Source: a virus. Taken from it: 64,000 nt of DNA. The notes below the pieces were generated by a model. The model did not search any database. It was not told the DNA's origin and worked only from the letters and a program-made list of their open reading frames with translations. The stretch spans positions 1 to 64,000 of IMG/VR virus record IMGVR_UViG_3300002144_000477; one strand, written 5' to 3'. Shown here one piece after another: positions 38,101 through 47,299 of this stretch. Made by a program: the position numbers and the translations under genes. Within the stretch, counting starts at the first letter, position 1, and each line of letters starts with the position of its first letter.

Positions 38101-39363
38101 AGTTAGGTCGCCTGTTACATTACCTGTTAGGTTGCCTGTTACATTACCTGTTACGTTACCAACAACGTTACCAGTTAGATCACCTGTTACATCGCCAGTT
38201 ACATTACCAGTTACGTTACCAGTTAGAGCACCAACTACGTCACCAGTTAAATCGCCAACTACGTCACCAGTTACATTACCAGTTAAGTCGCCAGTTACGT
38301 TACCAGTTACATCACCAGTTAAGTCGCCAGTTACGTTACCTGTAACATTGCCTGTAACATTGCCTGTTACTGCACCTATTAGGTCGCCAGTGAAGCCACC
38401 GCTTGCTGATACTGTTGTACCTGTTACTGCACCGGTTAAGTTGCCTGTAACATTACCTGTTACGTTACCTGTAACATTACCTGTTACATCGCCTGTTAGG
38501 TCGCCAGTTACATCGCCAGTTACATCACCAGTTAGTGCGCCAGTTACATTACCTGTAACATTGCCTGTTACGTTACCGGTCAAGTCGCCAGTTACATCGC
38601 CTGTTACATCACCAGTTAGTGCGCCAGTTACATTACCTGTAACATTGCCTGTTACATTACCTGTTAAATCACCAGTTACATCGCCTGTTACGTCGCCTGT
38701 AACATTGCCTGTTACATTACCTGTTAAATCACCAGTTACATCGCCTGTTACGTCGCCGGTAACTGCACCTGTGAATACTGCGTCTGAACCATCTGTGCCG
38801 GCTGCTAGTACTAAAGAAGTACCATTGCTTGCATAAACATCACCAGTTAAGTCACCGATGAACATGCCTGCAGAAATAGTTGAGCCTGCGCCGCCCGAAA
38901 TTCCACTGTTGTCAATTGACAATGTACCAAAATCAATAGAAGTTGCTGCAATGTCGGCTGCATGGAATCTTGCATAAGATGTAATCCCAACTGCTCCAGT
39001 TGTGTTACCTGTCTCAGAAGTTGTAATTACTGCGAATTCTCCGAGACTTTCGTCCCAAATAACCGCGGTGTTTACGTTTGCGCCATCTAGTGCCGCAAGG
39101 TTTCGGTTTACAAGAATACCAATGTCATAAGTTGGTGTTCCGGTATAGCCGTTGTTAAATACCACTAACGGATCGTTAATGTATGTGTTAGTACTTTGTA
39201 CAGTACTAGTTGTACCAGAAATAGACAAATTACCACTGATTGTAACGTTACTACTTAAAGTCAAGTCTGCGGCGAACAAACTTCCTGTAAGAGTACCGGA
39301 TGCAATCTTTTGCGCGGTAATTGTACTGTCTGTAATCTGGTTATTCTTAATTCTTGTAGTCAT
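35146..39363 (-). CDS. Long fibre protein with (V/L)TG(N/D) tetrapeptide repeats
   Basis: Start MTTRIKNNQI with AGGA SD; three repeat blocks; C-terminal GDxSTxxFTL/SINGVVQ and RSAKLVV modules. Confidence 0.8.
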   Translation of the reverse strand: MTTRIKNNQITDSTITAQKIASGTLTGSLFAADLTLSSNVTISGNLSISGTTSTVQSTNTYINDPLVVFNNGYTGTPTYDIGILVNRNLAALDGANVNTAVIWDESLGEFAVITTSETGNTTGAVGITSYARFHAADIAATSIDFGTLSIDNSGISGGAGSTISAGMFIGDLTGDVYASNGTSLVLAAGTDGSDAVFTGAVTGDVTGDVTGDLTGNVTGNVTGDVTGDVTGDLTGNVTGNVTGNVTGALTGDVTGDVTGDLTGNVTGNVTGNVTGALTGDVTGDVTGDLTGDVTGNVTGNVTGNVTGNLTGAVTGTTVSASGGFTGDLIGAVTGNVTGNVTGNVTGDLTGDVTGNVTGDLTGNVTGDVVGDLTGDVVGALTGNVTGNVTGDVTGDLTGNVVGNVTGNVTGNLTGNVTGDLTGDVTGDVTGDLTGNVTGDLTGNVVGASVSASAGFTGDLTGNVTGDVTGDVTGDLTGDVTGNADTATALATAQNFSASGDATAAAVSFDGTGAVDLALTLATSGVTPGTYGDSTHAAAITVDAKGRITSASQVSVSSTMTMTDGTTTDVVNLATDTVTFAGTAGETTVVVTDNTVTIGLPTDVTTVGDLTVGGDLTVNGTLTAINSNTVDIADINITVAKGAADATAANGAGLTVDGAGATITYASGTDSWDFNKEVYANVTGDLTGDVTGNVTGNVTGNVTGDLTGDVTGDVVGDLTGDVTGNVTGNAGTVTNGVYTTDAGTVTNTMLAGSIANAKLINSKVTIGTTDVVLGTAVTTFAGLTSITSAGFTGDLTGNSTGIHTGSVVGTTVSASGGFTGALTGNVTGDVTGDVTGDLTGNVTGNVTGDLTGNSTGVHTGNVTGNVTGNVTGNVVGDVTGDLTGDSTGLHTGAVAGTTVSASGGFTGALTGNVTGNLTGNSTGLHTGNVVGNVTGNVTGDLTGAVAGTTVTASGGFTGDLIGAVTGNVTGNLTGNSTGIHTGNVTGNVTGDLTGNVTGNVTGDLTGDVTGDLTGNVTGNVTGDVTGDVTGDLTGNVTGNVTGDVTGDLTGNVTGNVTGDLTGDVTGNVTGDLDGVIGANAPDTATFTAVTVNPDNTAGNYLTTLGASLDGLFRVVASATYDQVIIGGDGTSGDLTTEARLKVIGTDSIMIPSGSNAQRPAAPEQGMLRYNSTVGSAEIYTGAEWKNLAGDFTLITADSFSGDNSTVAFTLSQDATTAGVVVSINGVVQLPTSAYSVSSTTLTFTEAPATGDVIDVRILVTTSSLSGVASGNGVMKLEPVNGAINIYTGTSAGTITSYWNTDGALVENKAGVVIAAGAPSTLVTIDGNAIRSAKLVVQSTNGTDYEVAELLVIHDGTTATVTVYGQTATNGEFMEYSATMSGSNVLVQAEPASGSATVRVAKQYIAV
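36143..38765 (-). repeat. 12-nt degenerate coding tandem repeats in three blocks (~36143-36990, ~37181-37325, ~37917-38765)
   Basis: Units such as ACCAGTTACATC/ACCTGTTACGTT with synonymous variation. Confidence 0.9.
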
Positions 39364-39569
39364 ATTGGTCCTGGTTCCTAAAAATAACAAACGAGAAAGG
39401 AGTAAATAAATAAACCTCTACATAATGTTATTTATCGCAGTCGTAGGTAAACACTTCGGGTGAGCCCATTTTCCGAAGTGGTACAAATGTGTGCGGGAGG
39501 TTGTCTAATCCAGTTAGACGACTAAGAAATTTAAATAATAAACTATATATGCTACAGTTTATTTATCGT

Positions 39570-40976
39570 TTACGGCACTAAGCTAGGACTATTGTGTGAA
39601 TACCAATTAGATCCGTTGTGTATGTACAATACTCCTGTATCGCTAACCCAATAATCACCTCGTGTAGCAGGAGTAGCTGATGTGGGCGCTACTACTAGGT
39701 CACTCCGAAACTTATTTTCTTTAAGAGTATTTGCTGATAAGAATCTTATATCAATTATATCAGTTGTCAGCGGCGCTTCGTTAAACGAAATATCAGTACC
39801 AGATACAGTGTATCTACCTACGTGCTGTAACACACCGTTTATTGTTACCATTACTGTTTCGTCAGCGGCAGGTTGATCTAATGTATAGGTTGCTGACTCT
39901 CCATCAGGCACAATTGCCTGACTTGCAACACTACTTTCAGTAACTGCTACCCATGTACTATTATTAAAGTACTCAAGCACGTTATTAGTTGTATTATACC
40001 GTGTTTGGCCAGCAACAGGTGTAACCGGTCTTTCGTCATTTGTACCTTTTGCTAATAATACCGCACTAGTTGTTTCTAGTGTTAATGTTTCGTTTGCAAT
40101 AGCTGGAGCTATACCAGTTGTTGTAATTGTTAAAACACCAACACTATTCACTGTTAGCTGCAACTCTGCTGCGGTTGCAATTATTGATGTATTATCTTTA
40201 ACAATTCTGTCATCGTCGAAGTTTATAAAGTATTGATCTACATAATTCTTAGTGGCAGCGTCTTGTAAGTCAACAGGGTCAGCTAAGTTAATAAGCAACG
40301 AACCACTTGCATCAATACTACCTGTACCATTTGGGTTTATTGTAACATTTTCATTATTATCTGTTACAATACTAAATCCGGTTACATTAAGATTACCACC
40401 AAGGGTCGGTGCTGGATCTTCTACTAGATATCCGCCAACACCTAATTTAGCAATGTATCTTGCACCCGACACGTAAATGCTCTTACCAGTAAACTCAGCA
40501 GATAGCGATGTTGGTAGATTATCACCAATAAAATGTAATATACCACTTTGGTAATCAAAGAACCATTCGTCATTATTTCCACTACCAGCTGCAAATAGCT
40601 GTACCCCTGTCGATTCCGGCGAGGTTGATCCTATGTCGTCAATGTATACTTTAACCAGATATGTTGCTCCAAATTCGGGCGGAATCCAATCTGTTAGTTG
40701 CGTAATCCAGGTACGGTTGTCGGATGATGTGATATCTTCTGTACACTCAACTGTGTTCCCATTTGCATCGTCGTATAATCTAATCACTGATGCTACCGCA
40801 GTTTTAACCGCTGGGATTAATTCGGCATACTGCCAAACTTTGTCTGAGCGCAATAATAGCGGCGAACTTATACTTTCGTTGAATGCTCGTTTAAATGCAA
40901 TAGAGTCAGTCTTAGTTACACCGTAACCGAGCTTCTTCCATAAGTAATCAACTTTTTGCGAATCTTGAATTGCCAT
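39570..40976 (-). CDS. Virion structural protein
   Basis: QKVDYLWKK, DEWFFDYQSG.L.F, DAATKNYVD, RYNTT..LEY modules. Confidence 0.7.
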   Translation of the reverse strand: MAIQDSQKVDYLWKKLGYGVTKTDSIAFKRAFNESISSPLLLRSDKVWQYAELIPAVKTAVASVIRLYDDANGNTVECTEDITSSDNRTWITQLTDWIPPEFGATYLVKVYIDDIGSTSPESTGVQLFAAGSGNNDEWFFDYQSGILHFIGDNLPTSLSAEFTGKSIYVSGARYIAKLGVGGYLVEDPAPTLGGNLNVTGFSIVTDNNENVTINPNGTGSIDASGSLLINLADPVDLQDAATKNYVDQYFINFDDDRIVKDNTSIIATAAELQLTVNSVGVLTITTTGIAPAIANETLTLETTSAVLLAKGTNDERPVTPVAGQTRYNTTNNVLEYFNNSTWVAVTESSVASQAIVPDGESATYTLDQPAADETVMVTINGVLQHVGRYTVSGTDISFNEAPLTTDIIDIRFLSANTLKENKFRSDLVVAPTSATPATRGDYWVSDTGVLYIHNGSNWYSHNSPSLVP

Positions 40977-43900
40977 TATGACGCTACTCCTATACTAATT
41001 GCACTAATATAATCGTTACGTTCTAACCGTATTCGCACTAAACAGTTTTTGCCTACTGCATTAGAGAAGTTTTCACTACCAATCGTCATAGTATAACTTT
41101 GATTGTCAATGACCGTACCCAATGGTATCCTATCGTTGCTAGTTACTGCGCATCCAGATAATCCGTTACCACCTGCCGCTGTATTTGTTCCGGGTAAGCC
41201 TGCACCAGCATAACTTGCATTGCAGTCTAACCAACCATTAGTCGAATCGGCTGAGCTGTCAATTCCTGTACCAGGCGCTGCAATCCACATTCCACTGATT
41301 TTGCCAGTTAGTGTAATATCAAAGTTTGCTAACAACGATCGTCTAAATGCGAATGTAAAGTATTGTGCCCCTGCGCGGTCAGTGACTAAATCTGGCCCAG
41401 CTGGCAAGTACCCTACACTAAAATCCTCATCGTCAAAATGGGTTAATACTCCCCAACGAACAATTGCCTCAGGTGTACCGGCAACTAGTTCAGCTCCATC
41501 CCATGCATTATCAACGTAAAAATTTGCTGGAGTGTATGCTGGATTATCACCTAATAGCCCTAACGATACTCGCCTTCCGTTGTCAGAGAAGCCGCCGCCT
41601 AAGCTAGGCGCCACTGGAATTAATAACTCATTAACTCCAGTTGATGCTTGACTATATACGTTAATTTTAGTAGGCAGTTCAACTGGTACACTGGATCCAT
41701 TTACATTATCTAATGTAATAGATAATGTCGAAACTGCATGAGCAGTACCATTGATTAATACATCAAGTTCGCCAAATTGGTACGAAGATGTGTTTCCGGT
41801 ATTTGCTACTGGAATACCATTGTTTAAATATGTACTAGCACCGTCGATGTCAGCATAAGAGTAATTTTGTAATTGTACAATCGATCCAACTGTTGATTCA
41901 AAATTATTAGCACTAGCTACACGCAACGGCGCTACTGTATCAGTATAGGTTTGCCCAATCCAGTTAGTAACTGCTACTCCGTTGAGCGAAACAACTCCGC
42001 CATTTGAGTAATACGGAATGCCACTGATGTAAGTAACATCTCCAGCGTTCTTTTGTGTTACGTCAGCACTACTAATATCTATAGTAGGAACTGCGGTTAA
42101 CGAATCCTTAACAAATCCAATTTCATTTGTACTTCCGCTTGTGGTATGTGACATCTGTAAATTGTTGTATCCATCTGATACATCTACAAATGAGTGCGTT
42201 ATACTAGCGGCAAATACTTTATACAACCCAGATGGGTACTCGCTCGGTGATATTGCATCGTGTGCATCACCATCTGCAATGATTGATAGCGAGTCGTATA
42301 CCCCTACCTTAGATGTTTGGCTATCGAATATAACTTGGCCAGCAACCTGCCCGCTTACTAGAGCCGACAATGTACCACTCTTACTAGAACTTACGCCAGT
42401 AACTGGAGTCGATACTAAATTATCTAGCGTTGCAATACGAGTCACTGCTGTACCTGCATCTGGGATAGCACCTAACGTGTTGTTAGTTGCTGAATATGCT
42501 AGCAGTGGACTAGAACCTTGCGACTCGTTTGAAATTACGATCTGTTTCGAACTCAGTGAGCCTGGTTCGATTGGTAATGCCTTGATGGTAATATATGCAT
42601 TTTTACTAGTAACCGTTGTTTGCGGTATAGTGTCAGGTTGTCCGCTGACTTCTAAAGAAACTGTTTTGTTTCCAGCATTTAAATATGCATGTGTTATAGG
42701 TCCGCCAGCTACTGTGCCGTTTAATCCGTCAGTTAACGGTCCAGCAGTTTCGTTGTCGCCGAAACTCCACGTATAGGTAGTAGCATGTTGACTTAATGCG
42801 GTAAATTCAAACTCAGCCCTGTTAGCACCGGTGCGGTAATCTGTAAATACATATCCATCTTGGGCAGTATCCCCGATTCGGTCGCTTACTGTTAGTGATG
42901 TAGCGCTAAATTCGCTTCTAACTTCTGGCTCAACTACAATTGTAATCGGTTGCGGTTTAGTAAACGGGCTAGATGAGTGTCCGTTCAATACTGACAAACG
43001 TACATCAAATGTCTGTGTAGTCCCACTTAACTGGTTAGATTCTGTTAATGCAAAAGCATGTGTTAAGGTGGCACCCGGATTACCTGCTAGCCCAGGTTGG
43101 ATGGTAATAGAGTTAATGTCACCATTGCCCCAATCCCACACGTAGGCATTAAGTGGAAATGTAGATGTATTACCTGGATTCGATGAAGTGATATTTGTAA
43201 ATATTACTTCGCCACCGCTTGTTGCTTGTTGGTTAACCACCCTCAGGGTATTTGCTGTAAAGTCAGGATCATGAATACTGTACACTCGTACATTTGCATC
43301 TGCCCCGACTACAGTAACGGGCGTAGGACCTGCTGTGTCACTTGTTGCAGTTAATGCAACAGCATATAATTCATCACCGCCTGCGTTAATATAAGTATGG
43401 TCCAATGACGACCAATCACTTGCAGGGGTTGCAATTGTCCCATCTCCCCAATCAATCGAATACGATGTGCTATACTGACTTAAATTAGTTACAGTGGTTG
43501 TTGTGGTTGTATCGATGCTAGAGTCACCAATAACAATACTAGGTATCGGAGTAGGCGTATAAAGTAAAATATAGTCTGACTTTGTATTATCATCCCAGCT
43601 ACCAATTGCGCCTTGAGTAGAATCGCCTGCTAATGTTCCGTTGGCATTATATGCTTTAAAGATAACAGTAAAATTGCCGCCTGCAAGATTATCATACAAA
43701 TGAGTAGGATATTCGTCTGTGCTAGTTGTGCCATCACCAAAATCCCATAAAAAATCAGTAGGTGTTCCGACATACGATGGAGTAAATGCTACTGATAACG
43801 GACTTGGGCCTGCGGTAGCATTTGATGCGAAATCTACTGCACCTACGTATGTACCTTTAGCAATGTTAAGCGCAGTCTGATTTAATTCGTTAATTGCATT

Positions 43901-44332
43901 AGTGACTAAAGTTTGATCAGTGAACTGGTCCCATGCAACATTTACATTTGTGGGAGCAGTAGCAAATCCTAAATCAACCTGCATACCTGTGACATTTGTC
44001 TCAGCCATTAGATCGCCAACGCTTGCCCAACTTAATACTCCGTTTCCGTCAGTAGTTAATACGTAGCCGTCAAGTCCGCCGTCAATTTTAATATCGCTCG
44101 GTAAGCCTAACTGTACCTTAGAGTCGCCTGAAATCGAATCACCACTAATTGTTATGGTGCCAATTTTTCCGCCTGCTGGAGCATGTAAAGAATGCTCTGG
44201 CGTATTTGTGTTTACACCGATTCGGCCATTGGCAACATCAAGGTAGAGTAAATCAGTTTCAAATGCTAGATCGTTACCGTCCCGTTCTAAATTAGACGAT
44301 AACATTCCACCGGAAATTTTACCTAAGGCCAT
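40976..44332 (-). CDS. Large virion protein with PKD/Ig-like domains
   Basis: Repeated WDFGDG / IDWGDG / WDWGNG / WSFGD..THxY PKD signatures; 1118 aa. Confidence 0.8.
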   Translation of the reverse strand: MALGKISGGMLSSNLERDGNDLAFETDLLYLDVANGRIGVNTNTPEHSLHAPAGGKIGTITISGDSISGDSKVQLGLPSDIKIDGGLDGYVLTTDGNGVLSWASVGDLMAETNVTGMQVDLGFATAPTNVNVAWDQFTDQTLVTNAINELNQTALNIAKGTYVGAVDFASNATAGPSPLSVAFTPSYVGTPTDFLWDFGDGTTSTDEYPTHLYDNLAGGNFTVIFKAYNANGTLAGDSTQGAIGSWDDNTKSDYILLYTPTPIPSIVIGDSSIDTTTTTTVTNLSQYSTSYSIDWGDGTIATPASDWSSLDHTYINAGGDELYAVALTATSDTAGPTPVTVVGADANVRVYSIHDPDFTANTLRVVNQQATSGGEVIFTNITSSNPGNTSTFPLNAYVWDWGNGDINSITIQPGLAGNPGATLTHAFALTESNQLSGTTQTFDVRLSVLNGHSSSPFTKPQPITIVVEPEVRSEFSATSLTVSDRIGDTAQDGYVFTDYRTGANRAEFEFTALSQHATTYTWSFGDNETAGPLTDGLNGTVAGGPITHAYLNAGNKTVSLEVSGQPDTIPQTTVTSKNAYITIKALPIEPGSLSSKQIVISNESQGSSPLLAYSATNNTLGAIPDAGTAVTRIATLDNLVSTPVTGVSSSKSGTLSALVSGQVAGQVIFDSQTSKVGVYDSLSIIADGDAHDAISPSEYPSGLYKVFAASITHSFVDVSDGYNNLQMSHTTSGSTNEIGFVKDSLTAVPTIDISSADVTQKNAGDVTYISGIPYYSNGGVVSLNGVAVTNWIGQTYTDTVAPLRVASANNFESTVGSIVQLQNYSYADIDGASTYLNNGIPVANTGNTSSYQFGELDVLINGTAHAVSTLSITLDNVNGSSVPVELPTKINVYSQASTGVNELLIPVAPSLGGGFSDNGRRVSLGLLGDNPAYTPANFYVDNAWDGAELVAGTPEAIVRWGVLTHFDDEDFSVGYLPAGPDLVTDRAGAQYFTFAFRRSLLANFDITLTGKISGMWIAAPGTGIDSSADSTNGWLDCNASYAGAGLPGTNTAAGGNGLSGCAVTSNDRIPLGTVIDNQSYTMTIGSENFSNAVGKNCLVRIRLERNDYISAISIGVAS

Positions 44333-44345
44333 ATATGTTTACTCC

Positions 44346-44783
44346 TTAGTCAGCGTCGGTACTATTAATGTTATAAATTACAACAATTCTATTAGGGTTA
44401 GATCCTGGCGCCGGTGGCGGGCTAGTAAAAGTAATAGTTGAAGTTCCTACGCTAGTAGATAATGTATAGCTTATCAGCGGCTGTTGGTAGACTCCGCCAA
44501 CAAACACTATAATGTCAGACTCCGTAGCTACCGTGTAATCTAGCACAAAGTCAGTCGTTGTTCCATCGCCGACAGTATCCTGTAATTGCAATAATGTGGT
44601 ACCCACTCTTGCCATTGAGCGCCAAACATTATTAATTGCATACTCTATCTTACCGCTAGCTAAGTTTAATCGAACCATCCCGTCGACTAAAAAGTCAGGC
44701 GAATCACTAAGATCAGTGGACAATGGCAATACTACTGCTTTTTTCTGATTGCCAAGTTTTGGTGCTTTCATCGAACGTGCCAT
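44346..44783 (-). CDS. Virion structural protein
   Basis: GDGTTTDF.L...VFVGGVYQ.P module shared with fibre proteins. Confidence 0.65.
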   Translation of the reverse strand: MARSMKAPKLGNQKKAVVLPLSTDLSDSPDFLVDGMVRLNLASGKIEYAINNVWRSMARVGTTLLQLQDTVGDGTTTDFVLDYTVATESDIIVFVGGVYQQPLISYTLSTSVGTSTITFTSPPPAPGSNPNRIVVIYNINSTDAD

Positions 44784-44795
44784 GTTTTTTCTACC

Positions 44796-45107
44796 TTAAA
44801 TTTCTGCGTAACTGCAAGTAGCAAATACTACGTTGTCTACGCTAGCAGTTGCCTGGACTTTATCACCGTTATCTAATAACATTTTTTCAGTGCCGTCAAT
44901 AATCAATGTGTCGTTTGCATTAATTGAGACCTGTCCATAAATCATATTTGTACTTCCAGCAGTATCTCCTGACGGGACTGCATAGATATCAACAGTTACT
45001 GCTGAACTATGCGTATTGTGAAAGTACACAACAGTTATTGCTCTGCCATTGCTGTCTGGTAAAATAGATGTTGCTGTGCTTGTTAGCGTTGTGCTTTTGA
45101 GTGCCAT
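44796..45107 (-). CDS. Small beta-rich virion protein
   Basis: 103 aa; EKMLLDNGD; structural operon. Confidence 0.6.
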   Translation of the reverse strand: MALKSTTLTSTATSILPDSNGRAITVVYFHNTHSSAVTVDIYAVPSGDTAGSTNMIYGQVSINANDTLIIDGTEKMLLDNGDKVQATASVDNVVFATCSYAEI

Positions 45108-45117
45108 CTGGTTATCC

Positions 45118-45639
45118 TTAAAAAATCAATGAGTAAATAAACGCTGTGCGTTTTGTTGCTAACTCTTCATTTGTTGCTGTGTCATTGGTTACGTATACCC
45201 CGCTACCGCCTGCGCCAACTGTAGCAAATGTTAGTGTTACATTAGCAGGAACATTAACAATGGAAAATCCAGCAATACTTAAATTGCCTCCTAGTTCCGG
45301 TGTTAAATCATCAACTACTGCTTGCAAACCATTTGACGCTAAAAGTATGTCGCTCCACGACGCCCCGGCATCGGTTGTTACTTTGAATTTGTCGTCTGTT
45401 TCGTCAAACACTAAAGATGCGTTTGGTAGCGATCCTCTATCAACTTCAATTCCGGCTTTTTGTTGGCCTGTTATACCAGCACTTGCTTCTCCATCATTGA
45501 GCACAATAATGCGGTCGGTTATAACCGAATCCGTTGACGAAATAGTTGCTTGTGTGCCTGCAACGGTCAAGTTACCAGTAATGGTAACTTCTGGAGCAGT
45601 AATAAAATAATGATCGCTTACTTGTTTAACTGATGGCAT
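45118..45639 (-). CDS. Virion structural protein
   Basis: GNLTV.G...DRIIVLN...AGIEVDRG, DLTPELGGNL modules; late promoter 45667-45672. Confidence 0.65.
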   Translation of the reverse strand: MPSVKQVSDHYFITAPEVTITGNLTVAGTQATISSTDSVITDRIIVLNDGEASAGITGQQKAGIEVDRGSLPNASLVFDETDDKFKVTTDAGASWSDILLASNGLQAVVDDLTPELGGNLSIAGFSIVNVPANVTLTFATVGAGGSGVYVTNDTATNEELATKRTAFIYSLIF

Positions 45640-45685
45640 TTGGGTATCACCTTATGTTTCTTGTAGTATTTATGCTTAGATGATC

Positions 45686-46027
45686 TTACGGAGAAACTAA
45701 ACCTACTGTATCACCGAATACTTTTGATGCCCCTACTACCCAACTAAACTTGCTTCCATTTGGGTGCATTACCCAATCAGGGTGAATTTCAAGTATATTA
45801 AACGTACCTAATGTAATGTGAGTTGCAGTGATGGTCATTTCCCCGGGGTTTTTAATTCTCCTGACTAGCACACACTCGCTTGTTCCGTGTGCAGTTTTTA
45901 CACTAAATGTAGTAGTATTAATTTGCTTAATTATATCTCCCACTAATGGTCCGTTACCGTTTAGCACATACGCGGTACTAGATATTAAGTCAACACCGTT
46001 AAAATATTTTAAATCAATTAGCATCAT
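45686..46027 (-). CDS. Hypothetical late protein
   Basis: TAAATA 5 nt upstream of ATG 46027; longer ORF start overlaps the promoter. Confidence 0.55.
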   Translation of the reverse strand: MMLIDLKYFNGVDLISSTAYVLNGNGPLVGDIIKQINTTTFSVKTAHGTSECVLVRRIKNPGEMTITATHITLGTFNILEIHPDWVMHPNGSKFSWVVGASKVFGDTVGLVSP

Positions 46028-46046
46028 AGTTATATTTATAGTCATA

Positions 46047-46072
46047 AGAAAAGGGTCCGAAGACCCTTTTCT
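46047..46072 (-). terminator. Terminator after major capsid gene
   Basis: AGAAAAGGGTC-TTCG-GACCCTTTTCT (UUCG loop on the - strand). Confidence 0.9.
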
Positions 46073-46096
46073 GTTTTATCAACTTCTAATTTAAAA

Positions 46097-47269
46097 TTAG
46101 ATGAATGATAGGTTGCTTACAGCAATGCTTTCTAGGTAGTCGGCAGCGTTACCTAAGCTAGATGCTGTGTTTGTTAACTCAACATAGCCGTAACGTGTCA
46201 TAAAGCCAACTACTGGCTCTAGAGTGTTTGGATCTAGAACAACACCAGAACTCATCAATGGAACGTATGGGCAGTAAAATGCTGCTGCATCGCTCTCAGC
46301 TGAGCCTTTGTAACCAACTAGTACTGGAGCAAGATCGCTAGCGAAACTGTCAACAAATACCTTCATTGCACCGTTCAATGTACCAACCATCTTAGTGTTA
46401 GTTGGTGCTTCGAATGTACCTTCTGTAGTGCGAGCAAAAGCAGAAGTAGTAGCAGACTGAAGAACAGTTAGTGCAGCTGGGCTTACAACGGCCCAGTTAC
46501 CAGCACCGCGACGTGTACGCTGAGCGATACGGTTAGCGGCACGGTTAACGATAACTGCTAATGCAGCATGCTCGTCACCAACGAAAGTTGCTGTACCAGA
46601 TACAGCGGCTTGGTCGTAGCTGAAGCCTGTAGAAGCTAGTGAACGTAGTGAACCTAGGATCTCTTGGTCGATTTCAACCGTGATTTCCTGTGCTAAAGCA
46701 GCCATAATTTCTGCTTCAACATCGATACCGTGCATTGCTTGTGCATCTTGCGCGGCTTCGAATGTCCAACGTGCTGATAACTTACGTGTCTTAGCTTCAA
46801 CAACTTGCTTCATGATCTGTACGTTGATCTTATTACCTGCGTAACCTTCCATTGCAGTTGCAGAACCAGGAGCAACACCAGCGGCTGTGCCAGAGTAGGC
46901 AGTAGCAACTTTAAATGGGCTCAATGCTTCTTCACCAGCAGTAGCGCCGGTTGCACCTGAACCTACGTTATCCGCATAGCGAACACGTAGAGTATGGATT
47001 TGGCTAACTGGACCTGTCATTGGCTGAACACCAATGATGTCGTTAGCAATAACTGTCGGCATAACGCGACGGATAACCGGTAGAATTACACGGTTTAGTG
47101 TTGCGACGTTACCTACAGATGTTGCGCCACCTGTAGCAGATTCGCTAACTAGGTGCTTACGTGTGTTTTCAAGAATAACACTCATGTTGTTACGCTTGGA
47201 ACCGTTTAAGCCTTCTAGTAGGGCATCTTTTGTTTCGCCCCAACGGCTTTCTAATAATGCTTGTTTCAT
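46097..47269 (-). CDS. gp23: Major capsid protein (gp23-like)
   Basis: RRVMPTVIANDIIGVQPMTGP, EAKTRKLSARWTFEAAQD, FYCPYVPL, GFMTRYG. Confidence 0.98.
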   Translation of the reverse strand: MKQALLESRWGETKDALLEGLNGSKRNNMSVILENTRKHLVSESATGGATSVGNVATLNRVILPVIRRVMPTVIANDIIGVQPMTGPVSQIHTLRVRYADNVGSGATGATAGEEALSPFKVATAYSGTAAGVAPGSATAMEGYAGNKINVQIMKQVVEAKTRKLSARWTFEAAQDAQAMHGIDVEAEIMAALAQEITVEIDQEILGSLRSLASTGFSYDQAAVSGTATFVGDEHAALAVIVNRAANRIAQRTRRGAGNWAVVSPAALTVLQSATTSAFARTTEGTFEAPTNTKMVGTLNGAMKVFVDSFASDLAPVLVGYKGSAESDAAAFYCPYVPLMSSGVVLDPNTLEPVVGFMTRYGYVELTNTASSLGNAADYLESIAVSNLSFI

Positions 47270-47299
47270 TTTTACCTTATCTCCTATGGGTATAGTAAT

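Noticed and set aside
36143-38765. CRISPR array or DGR-like repeat
   Set aside because: Repeats are in-frame 12-nt coding units with no unique spacers; no cas or reverse transcriptase gene and no adenine-specific TR/VR pair seen
36080-38836. Long + strand ORFs (PVT-repeat and LLRYQ/HQL-repeat proteins)
   Set aside because: Antisense shadows of the fibre's tetrapeptide repeat; no SD or promoter support
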